A stretch of DNA of 64,000 nucleotides from Armatimonadota bacterium (GCA_037445735.1 JBBIJY010000003.1:92842-156841), one strand, 5' to 3'. Positions 28,024-37,244 are shown, counted from the first letter of the stretch. Notes: generated by a model not told the origin, from the sequence alone. Made by a program: numbers and translations.

Positions 28024-28665
28024 ATGCACCACCCATCCGAGTGCCACAACTGGACCGAAGCCGAATGGCTTCAGCAGCTGCAGCGGCGCGCCGCCCGACT
28101 CACCCGCTGCGCCGACGACGCTGCCGACCTCGCGCAGGACTGCCTCTGCGCCTTTGTGAACCACTTTGGCTGCTACCCGTGGGAGTGTGCCGACCCGCTC
28201 CACGCCTGGCGCTGGTGTTGCCTGAAGCTGCGGGCGCTTGCCTGCGACGCGCACCGCCACACCCAGCGCCATCCGTCGCTGTCGCTGGAGGAAGCGCCTG
28301 AAAGCCTTGTGTGCGTGGAGATGGCTGAACAGGTGCAGGGGGATGTGGACGGCGAGGCGTTTGTGGCGCAGTTGCCGCCGCGGTTGCGGGCGGTGGTGCA
28401 GTTGCGCTTGCAGGGCTTTTCGTGGGAAGAAATTGCGCGTCAGCTGAGGGTGAAAGCCAGCACTGTGCGCGGGTATCTGCCTGAGTTGCGAGCGCGTTTT
28501 GTGGCGTTTTTCGGGTATGACCCATCGAAACGGACTTTTGAATCGTTAATAGAGGTAGAGGGGACAGACAGCCCCTCGGTGGAAGTAGGAGGCGAAGGCG
28601 ATGAAAGTGATGGGAGTGATAAGCAAGGGTTTAGTGGCGACACAGGAAGCACGGGGGGGGGGTAA
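28024..28665 (+). CDS. ECF-type sigma-70 factor
   Basis: DAADLAQD region 2; LPPRLRAVVQLR..GFSWEEIARQLRVKASTVR region 4; acidic tail overlapping the next gene. Confidence 0.82.
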   Translation: MHHPSECHNWTEAEWLQQLQRRAARLTRCADDAADLAQDCLCAFVNHFGCYPWECADPLHAWRWCCLKLRALACDAHRHTQRHPSLSLEEAPESLVCVEMAEQVQGDVDGEAFVAQLPPRLRAVVQLRLQGFSWEEIARQLRVKASTVRGYLPELRARFVAFFGYDPSKRTFESLIEVEGTDSPSVEVGGEGDESDGSDKQGFSGDTGSTGGG

Positions 28666-30667
28666 ATCCCCTGCGGTTAGAAGTCGAGTATGCTGCTGGC
28701 TGTGGAAGGTGATCCGGGTGGCTTGCATTATCGGAGCCTGTCTGGCTTGCGGGATTGGTGGCTGGGCACAAAGTCGTTTGCAAGGCGTTCGGTGCGACAC
28801 AAAAGCTACACTGCAGGTGATGGGAGAGCGGACTCCCGATTGCGGTTTTCTGTTGGGTTGTCCCTACGAACATCATTACTGTAGTTCTTTTTGGGATCTC
28901 TGCAGGGGTCAAAGGAGCCGAACTGTCATACTTAATGCCAGCTATCTAACTTTAGGAGGTGGCTTAAGTGGTGGAGGCGATGATAGTTGGAGTGGAGGAG
29001 CTGCTTTGAATGCGAATTTCACTTTTTCGTTCACCTCGCCTTATCCTAACCTGCGTATAGAGGGCTATACCTATACACCCAAGCGAGCTTTGGGTTTTTT
29101 GTACTTTGTAGAGAGAGTTCATGCGGCATCATTTGCCGCTGCAAGTGCGAGATGCGGGCCAGACATTAACCAAGAAGATGGGTGCTGTGGTTCAAGCTCG
29201 GCATCGGCAAGGGTGGTATCAGCGTCCATCCAGACATCTTTGGCTTCCGCTTCCGTTTCGTCCGGTGCGAGTGCTTCGTGTAGCTGCAATTCCGAGTGCA
29301 TGGATTGTACACAAGGGGGTGGGGGTGAAAGCAGATGTGATCCATCTGACTGTAGGGGTAGGCGAGGCTACAGGGCGAATCGGGTGCATTTTGGTCGGAG
29401 CGAGTGGGTTAGTTATGAGGAAGCGATGACAGGTAGCATTTCGGTAGACGGTTCTTCAGTGGAGTGCGGAGGTGCGGGGTCAGGTGCTTTTGTTTCAGCG
29501 TATAGTGGTTTAGTTATCCAAGTTTGGCCTGACCCGCTGGGCGTGCCTGCGATAGGGGATAACGAGTATGCATGGACAGAAACTGTCCCTGCAGAACTGC
29601 GGATAGGTGCAGCGGCGATGGTTCACACCTGGGGATGGGCTAATCCTGACACGGCGTGGTTGGCGAGCGAGGTATCGTTTCGGACGGAGCCAGAGATACC
29701 GACGGACTACACCAAGCCGGGTATCCTGACGGTGGCGCGGGGTTCGTTGCTGGTGGCGCAGAGTGAGGTGGACGGGAATATGGAGGATGGCTTCTTAGTC
29801 TATAAGTCCGACAGGCTGCCGCCGAGGAATTCGGACTTTGGGAAGAAGCGAGTTCTGTTTGCGAGCAAGCAGGGGGAGGTGGATTACGCCGAGGCGGAGG
29901 TGTTCTATCCTACCGATGGAACAAACCATCCACAAGGTGGTCCGGTTAGCAAAAAGCCAGTAATAAGAGAGTGCAGTAGTGAGCTTTGTAGGCGTGAAGT
30001 GATGCCTGGTGTGTTCGCAAATATGTGTTTCGATGTTATTCCGTCATCAGAATTGTCACCAAATTGGTTATATTATTATATACAAGCTTATTCAGTTAGT
30101 GAATTAAGATGGGGAGGTTCACAACTTGGCGATCATCTGTATGGAATAACATGTCCATTCAGTCAAGATATAATTCTCTTTGATTCAGCCTCTCCGAAAC
30201 GCGGCTACTTGGACTTTCCACTCTTCGTTCTGCAGAATCGATCGGATAGTCAAGGTCGCACGCGACCACTAATTACATACTCAGGGGACAGACTCGAGAT
30301 GGTAAAAGGGATTCATAAGTTTATTGCTATTGTCGAACATGAGCGTACTCATCTTGATCTAGGGCGGTCAGGAGTAGACCAATTTTGTTGCTCAGACCCC
30401 ACCAATGATGGAGATCGTGATGGCTTATCCGATAGCTGGGAGGAACAGCATGGACTCGATCCCGGTACTCCTATCACAGCTCCACCGTTTCATGATAGTG
30501 AAGTACTGGCTTTCATTCGTCAGTATGGTAGGCTTTTACAAAATAAGGAGAAATGGAAGGACGATTGGGCACTTGATGGCTTGCAGATTGGCATACCTGA
30601 GCAGCCCTTTCCTTGGAAGTACTCGACCGCTAATCCGCGTGCGAATTATCTGACCGACATACCATAA
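28601..30667 (+). CDS. Large exported Cys-rich protein with an HExxH motif
   Basis: GGAGG RBS, extended signal peptide ending GWA|QS, Cys/Ser-rich N-half, VEHERTH, DGDRDGLSDSWEEQHGLDP Ca-binding-like motif. Confidence 0.75.
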   Translation: MKVMGVISKGLVATQEARGGGKSPAVRSRVCCWLWKVIRVACIIGACLACGIGGWAQSRLQGVRCDTKATLQVMGERTPDCGFLLGCPYEHHYCSSFWDLCRGQRSRTVILNASYLTLGGGLSGGGDDSWSGGAALNANFTFSFTSPYPNLRIEGYTYTPKRALGFLYFVERVHAASFAAASARCGPDINQEDGCCGSSSASARVVSASIQTSLASASVSSGASASCSCNSECMDCTQGGGGESRCDPSDCRGRRGYRANRVHFGRSEWVSYEEAMTGSISVDGSSVECGGAGSGAFVSAYSGLVIQVWPDPLGVPAIGDNEYAWTETVPAELRIGAAAMVHTWGWANPDTAWLASEVSFRTEPEIPTDYTKPGILTVARGSLLVAQSEVDGNMEDGFLVYKSDRLPPRNSDFGKKRVLFASKQGEVDYAEAEVFYPTDGTNHPQGGPVSKKPVIRECSSELCRREVMPGVFANMCFDVIPSSELSPNWLYYYIQAYSVSELRWGGSQLGDHLYGITCPFSQDIILFDSASPKRGYLDFPLFVLQNRSDSQGRTRPLITYSGDRLEMVKGIHKFIAIVEHERTHLDLGRSGVDQFCCSDPTNDGDRDGLSDSWEEQHGLDPGTPITAPPFHDSEVLAFIRQYGRLLQNKEKWKDDWALDGLQIGIPEQPFPWKYSTANPRANYLTDIP
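28653..28662. repeat. G10 homopolymer in the overlap of two genes
   Basis: ac-G10-taa. Confidence 0.9.
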
Positions 30668-30685
30668 AAATAGGAGGAGAAAGCA

Positions 30686-31714
30686 ATGCGACTGATGGTG
30701 GTTAGCGTCACGATAATGGGTAGCCTGATCGTTGGCGGATTGCTCTGTGGAGCTGTCGGCGGAAGCAGCCTGTGGTATAGCGATAAAGTAGCCCAAGAGC
30801 GGGAATTCTATTCCCTCATAGCCCGCGTGCGTACTATTGGTTTGGAGCGCGACAAAAAGCACGCAGCGTGGCTAATGGAACTATTGAAGCACCCTCCCAA
30901 TTTCACTTTCAAGTATCCTATTGGCACAGTCCCCGATGGTGGGCAGTTAGGTACTCCAGTCTGGCATCTTAAACTCGCTATTCTCGTCGCTCTTGGGCGA
31001 CTCGGTGACTCACAGGTGGTGTCGGAGCTGGAAGCACAGCGATATGCCCTACGGCAAGTGGGGCTTGAAGGTCAGCTGGATGTCACCATCGCCCGTATCC
31101 AGGCAGAGGCTTCAATTCCACATCCACGCTCCCTGTCTGAGTGCCAGCAAAAAATTAACCTTTTCTTGCAAGGCATAGGGTACAACTATGACACATGGCA
31201 AAGCAAACTGCGCACACAGTCTCCTGAACTTAAGGCGATATTGGCAATGCGCCAAGCCGTAGAAATGGCTTGCAATGCGTATACGGATGGTATTCTGGAA
31301 GCATTACTAGCGATTAATCATCTGCCACTCCAGCGTGATTATCCTTCAGCTCTGCGAGTGCGTTTATGCCAGCTAACACCTGAAGCGCGTTCAGCATGGT
31401 TGTTCGAGGCGCTCAAGCTGCGCCCAATCTTCAACACAGAGGCATTCTATGAGATTCAGGCGTTTGCAGATTGCGGTGCGGTATCGTGGAACTATCTGCT
31501 AAAACAGCTGCACTTGCGGTTAGCCGATCCTACATGGAAACCTGTTCAGGAATACCGACTCTGGCATTATATTCTACTGAGTTTCACGGACTCCCAGATA
31601 GCAGGTGTGCTGGTTCAGATGGGAAGACATCCCAGCCAAGAGGTTCAACAACTCGCTGGGGACATAAAGCGGCGTTTTGGTGGTTCGCCGATGGTATTTG
31701 CTTCTGACTGGTAG
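30686..31714 (+). CDS. Exported helical (HEAT-like) hypothetical protein, putative partner or immunity protein
   Basis: AGGAGG RBS, hydrophobic N-terminus, AILVALGRLGDSQVVSELE HEAT-like motif. Confidence 0.7.
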   Translation: MRLMVVSVTIMGSLIVGGLLCGAVGGSSLWYSDKVAQEREFYSLIARVRTIGLERDKKHAAWLMELLKHPPNFTFKYPIGTVPDGGQLGTPVWHLKLAILVALGRLGDSQVVSELEAQRYALRQVGLEGQLDVTIARIQAEASIPHPRSLSECQQKINLFLQGIGYNYDTWQSKLRTQSPELKAILAMRQAVEMACNAYTDGILEALLAINHLPLQRDYPSALRVRLCQLTPEARSAWLFEALKLRPIFNTEAFYEIQAFADCGAVSWNYLLKQLHLRLADPTWKPVQEYRLWHYILLSFTDSQIAGVLVQMGRHPSQEVQQLAGDIKRRFGGSPMVFASDW

Positions 31715-31803
31715 CCCAGGAATGTGCCTGGTGTGCTTCTGATCACGGTTGGGTTTGGTTGTCTGCTCTTACTCCTGAATGATTTCGGGCTTGAGGAACA
31801 GGG

Positions 31804-33453
31804 CGGCGGGACTACACCTACGATGCGTGGGGTCGGGTGCTGCGCCAGCAGGGATGCTGCGGGAGCGAGTCTGGCATAGAGGTGCAGGTGGTGTCGGCGG
31901 AGTACGACGCGGCGGGCAGGAAGCGGTTTGAGAAGGAGCGTCGGTCGGACGAGAGTGTCGTGCGCACGATTGAGTACACCTATGATGCGCTGGGACGGCT
32001 GCAAAGCGTGGGCGATTATCGGGGCAGTGTGGTGTACAGTTATGAGCGGGGCACGGGGCGGCTGCAGCGAGAGGATTACCCGAACGGGAGTTTTGTGGCG
32101 TATACTTACTATGGCGCGGACAATCCGTCGCAGGTGGGGCATGTGTGGAAGGTGGAACACAAGCGGGGGGATGGGAGTTTGTTGATCGGGTACGAGTACA
32201 CTTATGACCTGCTGGGTCGGGTGGAGCAGAGCGTGGAGCGTCCGAGTGGGGACACGACGGTTTACAGCTACACGCCTGCGGGTCGGTTAGGGAGCGAGGT
32301 GCGCACGGGTCAGGTGGCGTACAGGCGGGTGTATCAGTACAACCTGGATGGCAGTCGGCAGTGGGTGGAGCGGGAGGATGTAGTGAACGGGACGCACTGG
32401 GATGTCTACAGTTATGACGCGGTGTCGGGTCGTCTGGCGAGCGTGCTGGATGTGTGGAGTGGCGAGGAGAATAATTTTGTGTGGAACCCGGAGGGCACGC
32501 TGGCGCGGTGGAGCACTAATCAGCCGAACAGTTATGCACGGGTGTTTGGGTATGATGAGGAAGGGCGTCTAACGCGGATAGAGCGGGATTATGGGAACGG
32601 CAACCTGCAGGTGGCATATGAGTATGGGTACAATAGTGATGGTGTTCGGGTGTGGAAGCGGGATGGTCTGGCTCGGCAGGAGTATCGGTATGTATGTCGG
32701 ATAGGCTGTGGGGGCGTGCCGATGCGGGTGTATAGTCGGGCGATGGAATCGACCGCCACATGGCAAAGTCGGGAGGATTATTTGGAGACGCCGACCGTGA
32801 TAGGGTATCAAAACAGTATGGGCAGCTTTGGGCACTATGTATGGGTAGCGGGACACTGGCTGGCGGACTGGGGTGCTGGGGGTGGCTGGGCGTCTTATCA
32901 GGATCAGTTTGGCGTGGCGGTAGGTGATTTGTATTTTCCTGCTGCTGTCAAGCCTGCGCCCGAGTATTTAGGGCAGGATGAGGGGGTGTCAAATGACCCA
33001 TGTATGGAAGGATATATTCCTGTGTACGCCCTCTTTTTGCAGCAAAAACAAAAGCCTCAGCCAAAGCCCAAGCCTCCTACAACGCCATTCCGCGAGTGTT
33101 TGGAGGCGTGCGCAAAGCTAAGAAACGATCTTGAGAACCAATGCAGGAAAGATCATGCAGATTGTGTGAAAAAATGTGAAGGCGATCCTAAGTGCCTGCG
33201 CAAGTGCGATTTGGCTCTCAGAGGCTGTTTGCAGAATGCAAGTGGGATCGCTGCAGGGTGTGCCTCTCTGTGTTCCAATCAACATCTTGGTGAGCCAATA
33301 AAAATCCCTGTCCCTATAATAGGGGAAATTCCAGTACCAACCGGACCATATAACGACTGGTGCAGGAGCCAGCCCGAGGATCCACGCAAAAAATATCCAG
33401 GCTTGCCAACACCGGGAGGTGGATGGCCGGATTACGATAAAAAGAAACGATGA
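31804..33453 (+). pseudogene. 5'-truncated Rhs/YD-repeat cassette with Cys-ladder C-terminus
   Basis: YTYDAWGRV, YTYDALGRL, YTYDLLGRV, FGYDEEGRL repeats; homology begins just after an in-frame TGA (31792); no clear RBS before GTG 31837. Confidence 0.82.
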
Positions 33454-33462
33454 TTAGGAGGC

Positions 33463-34152
33463 ATGGCCATGAGAATGCAGAGCCTGTTTCTACTTGTGAT
33501 GTGTGTTTATGGTGCGATTATAGCGGGGCAAGAGCCAGTCACCGATCGAACGGTTCTTGAGACGACATCAGCTCGGGTGAAGATTCCGCCTGATTCGAAG
33601 AAAGAAGGTGAGAATAGAAGAAAATTGTCTGAACCTACCTTGCATGCCTTTGTGGAAGGGAAAGTGTATCCTGTCCCCGAGGCAGATAGGGCACAGGCAG
33701 AGGTAGGAAAGAAAACGCCAGCGAGGGTAGTTCTATCAGAGTATATTGTTCCTAAGGAAGTCTCGCCATCAGTTGTAGCAGATCATCTTGCTAATTCTCT
33801 CACGCTCGCCGTAATTTTCGCCGATTCGCTTTCGTTTGGGCTTGCTGGCGAAAAACTTCCCCAGTATCAGATCACACCTTTACCAACAGGGGCATCAGGT
33901 ACGGCTCAATATCAGGTTGTTAGGGTTGTCTCGTCTTCACCGCATCAAGAACAAGTGGTTGGGTGGGTAGCTCTGTATTGGCGTTCAGAGCGGGTAGTTG
34001 GTCTGTACTTGTTGCTTCCCAGGTCTAAGGAGGTGGACGCGAGACAGTGGGAGAAAGAATGGAGCAAAATTTTTTCGTCTTTTGAATGGAAGAATGGAGA
34101 AACCGAAAGGTTAGGTATAATTCCGACCTGTTGGGAACGCGCTGGGGTATAA
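33463..34152 (+). CDS. Exported hypothetical protein, putative immunity protein
   Basis: AGGAGG RBS right after the Rhs stop; signal-peptide-like N-terminus. Confidence 0.7.
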   Translation: MAMRMQSLFLLVMCVYGAIIAGQEPVTDRTVLETTSARVKIPPDSKKEGENRRKLSEPTLHAFVEGKVYPVPEADRAQAEVGKKTPARVVLSEYIVPKEVSPSVVADHLANSLTLAVIFADSLSFGLAGEKLPQYQITPLPTGASGTAQYQVVRVVSSSPHQEQVVGWVALYWRSERVVGLYLLLPRSKEVDARQWEKEWSKIFSSFEWKNGETERLGIIPTCWERAGV

Positions 34153-34186
34153 TGCGAACTGGCGGTTTGCGCACAGTGGGGGTACT

Positions 34187-34654
34187 TTGCTGATGATGGG
34201 TCAATCGGGCGAGCCGTGGGGTTATTATCCGCAGGACAGCAACGGTCTGGCGGTGCAGAGTGAGGTGCCGGCGGCGTGTGTTTGTGTGGTGTATTGGCAG
34301 AGCCTGTGTGCGCCGATTGCGGATGGAGGGTGTGCAGTAGATGATTGTGCCGTATCATTGATGGTGTACGACTTGCCCCTTTGCTCTGGTCAGAAGAAAC
34401 CGAAAAAGCCATGCCCTTGTAATTCAAAGGAACAAAAAGGATGCGAGCGGTTCTGCAAGTCCCTTGGGGGTGCTCCATCAGGCTGTATCCATGATGGCAA
34501 TCAACTCATATGCTCCTGCGTTTTTCCTCCTGATAAGCCTTGCAACCCGGCTCAAAAGAAACAGTGCGAGAAACTTTGTCAATCGCAAGGTGGAATTATG
34601 GCGAGCTGTTTCGTCGATAATGGGAAAAAGATAGTTTGTGACTGTATATACTGA
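34187..34654 (+). CDS. Orphan Rhs-end cassette with tandem defensin-like Cys domains
   Basis: WGYYPQDSNGLAV..PAA resembles WASYQDQFGVAV..PAA of the upstream Rhs; two C-x7-C-x3-C-x9-C-x8/9-C-x-C units; no good start. Confidence 0.7.
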   Translation: MLMMGQSGEPWGYYPQDSNGLAVQSEVPAACVCVVYWQSLCAPIADGGCAVDDCAVSLMVYDLPLCSGQKKPKKPCPCNSKEQKGCERFCKSLGGAPSGCIHDGNQLICSCVFPPDKPCNPAQKKQCEKLCQSQGGIMASCFVDNGKKIVCDCIY

Positions 34655-34664
34655 GGATTACGAT

Positions 34665-35021
34665 ATGAGAAGGTATAGAGGCTTGTTGGGGGTTGTTTCT
34701 CTGTTGATACTGCTTGCCTTTTGTTCATGGTGGTGGATGAAACTGCCTGTGAGCAAGAGGCATGCTCCTGTGTTTCAGCTACTGCCTGTTTCCATTCCGA
34801 TAGGGCATTCGAATTGGCTTACTATCAGCGACGGCGGGGTGTATGTTGTAAGGGAGACCGTTGTTGGGCAAACCTTCTGCTGGGCGGTTGAGAAGAAGCC
34901 AAGTGCCCACACCAAAGGTAGGGATACCTCTGTACACAGTGTACATCCTAATTCCCGTTCGAGACCAATTCAATTAGGGATACAGAAACGGTATGAGCTG
35001 CGTGAGGTCATCTCATGGTAA
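34665..35021 (+). CDS. Membrane-anchored hypothetical protein (possibly truncated immunity gene)
   Basis: GAGG RBS overlapping the previous stop; MRRYR followed by a TM helix. Confidence 0.55.
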   Translation: MRRYRGLLGVVSLLILLAFCSWWWMKLPVSKRHAPVFQLLPVSIPIGHSNWLTISDGGVYVVRETVVGQTFCWAVEKKPSAHTKGRDTSVHSVHPNSRSRPIQLGIQKRYELREVISW

Positions 35022-35241
35022 CAAAATGTCGCCCTCAGGTTTAGAGGAGCAACCCGAGCAGATATAGGGTGTTTTGGCTCTATCTATTGCGAAGAGCGGC
35101 TGCGGAGGAGATATAATGCATGCGGAGGGCATGCTATGCAAGGCAAGCAAGGAAACCGACCCTGCCGGGCAAGCCGAATCGGGACTCCTTGCAATAGAGC
35201 AGCAAAAGCTCTACCGCCCTGCCCATAGGAGGGAAAAGACT

Positions 35242-35718
35242 ATGATAAGACAATCTGGGGTAATTTATCAGACGCAGGATCAACCTGTTCGGCTGATCGC
35301 TTGGGTTGAACATCCCCAAGTACGCGAAGGCGCCTCTATCGAGGTAACAATCGCGCTGCAAAATCGTTCCCAATCGCAGCTCTATCTCGATCTATTTCCT
35401 CATCTCACTCCTTTTGCCGATGATCCCCACTTTCCTTTCACAATAGCGGTTCGGCACGGTGAACAGCCTGTCCCGTTCAAGTGCATCCTGATTAGGCGCA
35501 AAGTGGTTTCAGATGCCGACCTGTCCCCGATAGCCAGTGGGATGTTAGCGGGTTTTAGCTTTGATGTGCGGAGGGTAGGCTATGATGAGTTGCCCCGCGG
35601 TTCGTATCAAATTGTGCTATGGTATGACTCGGCACGCTTGAGTCGGGCGATGTTTAAGGCGAAGCGGTTGTGGCGGGGACGCACCTCCAGGCTGGAGATA
35701 CCAATAGAGATTATCTGA
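35242..35718 (+). CDS. Hypothetical Ig-like beta protein
   Basis: AGGAGGG RBS; IEVTIALQNRS...LPRGSYQIVLWY beta-sandwich pattern. Confidence 0.65.
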   Translation: MIRQSGVIYQTQDQPVRLIAWVEHPQVREGASIEVTIALQNRSQSQLYLDLFPHLTPFADDPHFPFTIAVRHGEQPVPFKCILIRRKVVSDADLSPIASGMLAGFSFDVRRVGYDELPRGSYQIVLWYDSARLSRAMFKAKRLWRGRTSRLEIPIEII

Positions 35719-36108
35719 CCCGGCATGCCTTCGTGAGCAAAGAGGGATTGGTTAGAACGCGAGGGATGCGAGGGGGTGTGGTTTCAGAACCACCCAGGAC
35801 GGAGAAACGGAAAGCGCGAGCAGGTGGTTAGATCGACAGGCGTCGGCGGTGAAGCAAGCGATGGAGCGGGGCAAAGGGTTCAAGCAATCGGTGCCGCTTA
35901 TTTGGGGGGATTATGTGATGGGCAGTTTTAGTCTAACTCAATATCTGGAGGTCTATCAGATACTGGTCAGTCCCCGTGTCGGTGTGCAGCGATGGTTGGG
36001 TCAAGGCGTTCCGTCGCGAGAGGATGAGAGGGGAGCCGCGTTCTTTAATGAGCTGTTGTTCCTTGTCGGGGCTGGATAACGCGGAACGGTCGGGATTGGC
36101 TCCCGAAG

Positions 36109-36978
36109 CTATTTCGCGTTTCTGTCCCTGAGCGGAACCAGCTCGATCTCGAACAGCTTGGGCCAGAGCTTGCCTGTTACGAACAGGCGCTTCTCTCTGG
36201 GGTCGTAGGCGATGCCGTTCAGCACCTCGGCGTTCTGTGCCTCGCGCTCGCTCAAAAGACCTGTCAGGTCAATCCAGCCGACCACATCGCCCGTTTTGGG
36301 CGAGATGCGAGCTATCATATCGGTCTGCCAGATGTTGGCGTAGATTTCGCCCTCGATATACTCCAGCTCGTTCAGGTTGCGCACGGGCACGCCATCCGCC
36401 CGGACCTGCAGGCGTTTGACCACCGCGAAGGTTTGCGGGTCGCGGAAGGTCAGCGTGTCGGAGCCGTCGCTCATAATCAGATGCTTGCCATCCCAGGTTA
36501 GCCCCCAGCCCTCGCCCATGTAGGAGAACTGATTGAGCACACGGAACGAGTCGCGCTCATACACGAAGCAGATGCCGTTGCGCCAGGTGAGCTGATAGAT
36601 TTTGTCGTCCACGAGCGCGATCCCCTCGCCGAACAGTTCGGGGGCGAGCCGCTTGATTTGCAGCACGCGTCCTGTGCGCAGCTCCACCTTGCGCAGCGAC
36701 GATTGCCCTTCCAGCCCCGTGCCCTCGTACAGATAGCCGTTGTGAAAGAGCAGCCCTTGCGTGAACGCCTGCGGGTCGTGCGGATAGGCGCGCACCACGC
36801 GATAGGTGTAGATGGGGATGGGTTTGCTCTGGTTGTCCGACTGATGCTGAGCGGTTGGCGCAGGCGTGTTCGCCGATGGGCTGGATGGCGAACTGGCGGT
36901 CGGCGCGGGCGCGGACTGACAGCCGCATAGCCCCATCACGCCGCCCAGCAAAATCGTCCACAATAGCGTTCGTGCCAT
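36109..36978 (-). CDS. Glutaminyl-peptide cyclotransferase (lipoprotein)
   Basis: YPHDPQAFTQGL, LYEGTG, FGEGI, QLTWR, EGWGLT, LNELEY, VLNGIAYD, VTGKLWP; lipobox-like LCGC. Confidence 0.95.
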   Translation of the reverse strand: MARTLLWTILLGGVMGLCGCQSAPAPTASSPSSPSANTPAPTAQHQSDNQSKPIPIYTYRVVRAYPHDPQAFTQGLLFHNGYLYEGTGLEGQSSLRKVELRTGRVLQIKRLAPELFGEGIALVDDKIYQLTWRNGICFVYERDSFRVLNQFSYMGEGWGLTWDGKHLIMSDGSDTLTFRDPQTFAVVKRLQVRADGVPVRNLNELEYIEGEIYANIWQTDMIARISPKTGDVVGWIDLTGLLSEREAQNAEVLNGIAYDPREKRLFVTGKLWPKLFEIELVPLRDRNAK

Positions 36979-37039
36979 CGCCCGAATCATACCCATTCGC
37001 TGTTGCCAAACCCCGCGCGCGTATGGAATAACTCCCCGG

Positions 37040-37216
37040 ATGCTGCGGCGACGGAAGCAGGTGCGACTGTATCTGGAGATTATCGGGGTGGGGCTGACCG
37101 TGGCGACGATTGTGGCGTTCGTCGCCGCGCTCGGTCAATACGCGCTGTATCAGGAGACGCTCCGCCGCACGCTGGCTCCGCCCGCAGTGCCACACTCATC
37201 ACCCGAACCCGACTGA
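37040..37216 (+). CDS. Small single-TM protein (58 aa, absent from the ORF track)
   Basis: MLRRRKQVRLYLEIIGVGLTVATIVAFVAALGQYALYQETLRR...; fills the gap between divergent genes. Confidence 0.6.
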   Translation: MLRRRKQVRLYLEIIGVGLTVATIVAFVAALGQYALYQETLRRTLAPPAVPHSSPEPD

Positions 37217-37244
37217 CACTTCACAGAAGGAGGAAACGACAACC

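Noticed and set aside
35849-36079. 76-aa ORF at the right edge of the island
   Set aside because: No RBS or motif; probably decayed sequence
27934-36108. The AT-richer island as an integrative element or prophage
   Set aside because: No integrase, transposase, phage genes, tRNA or flanking att repeats seen
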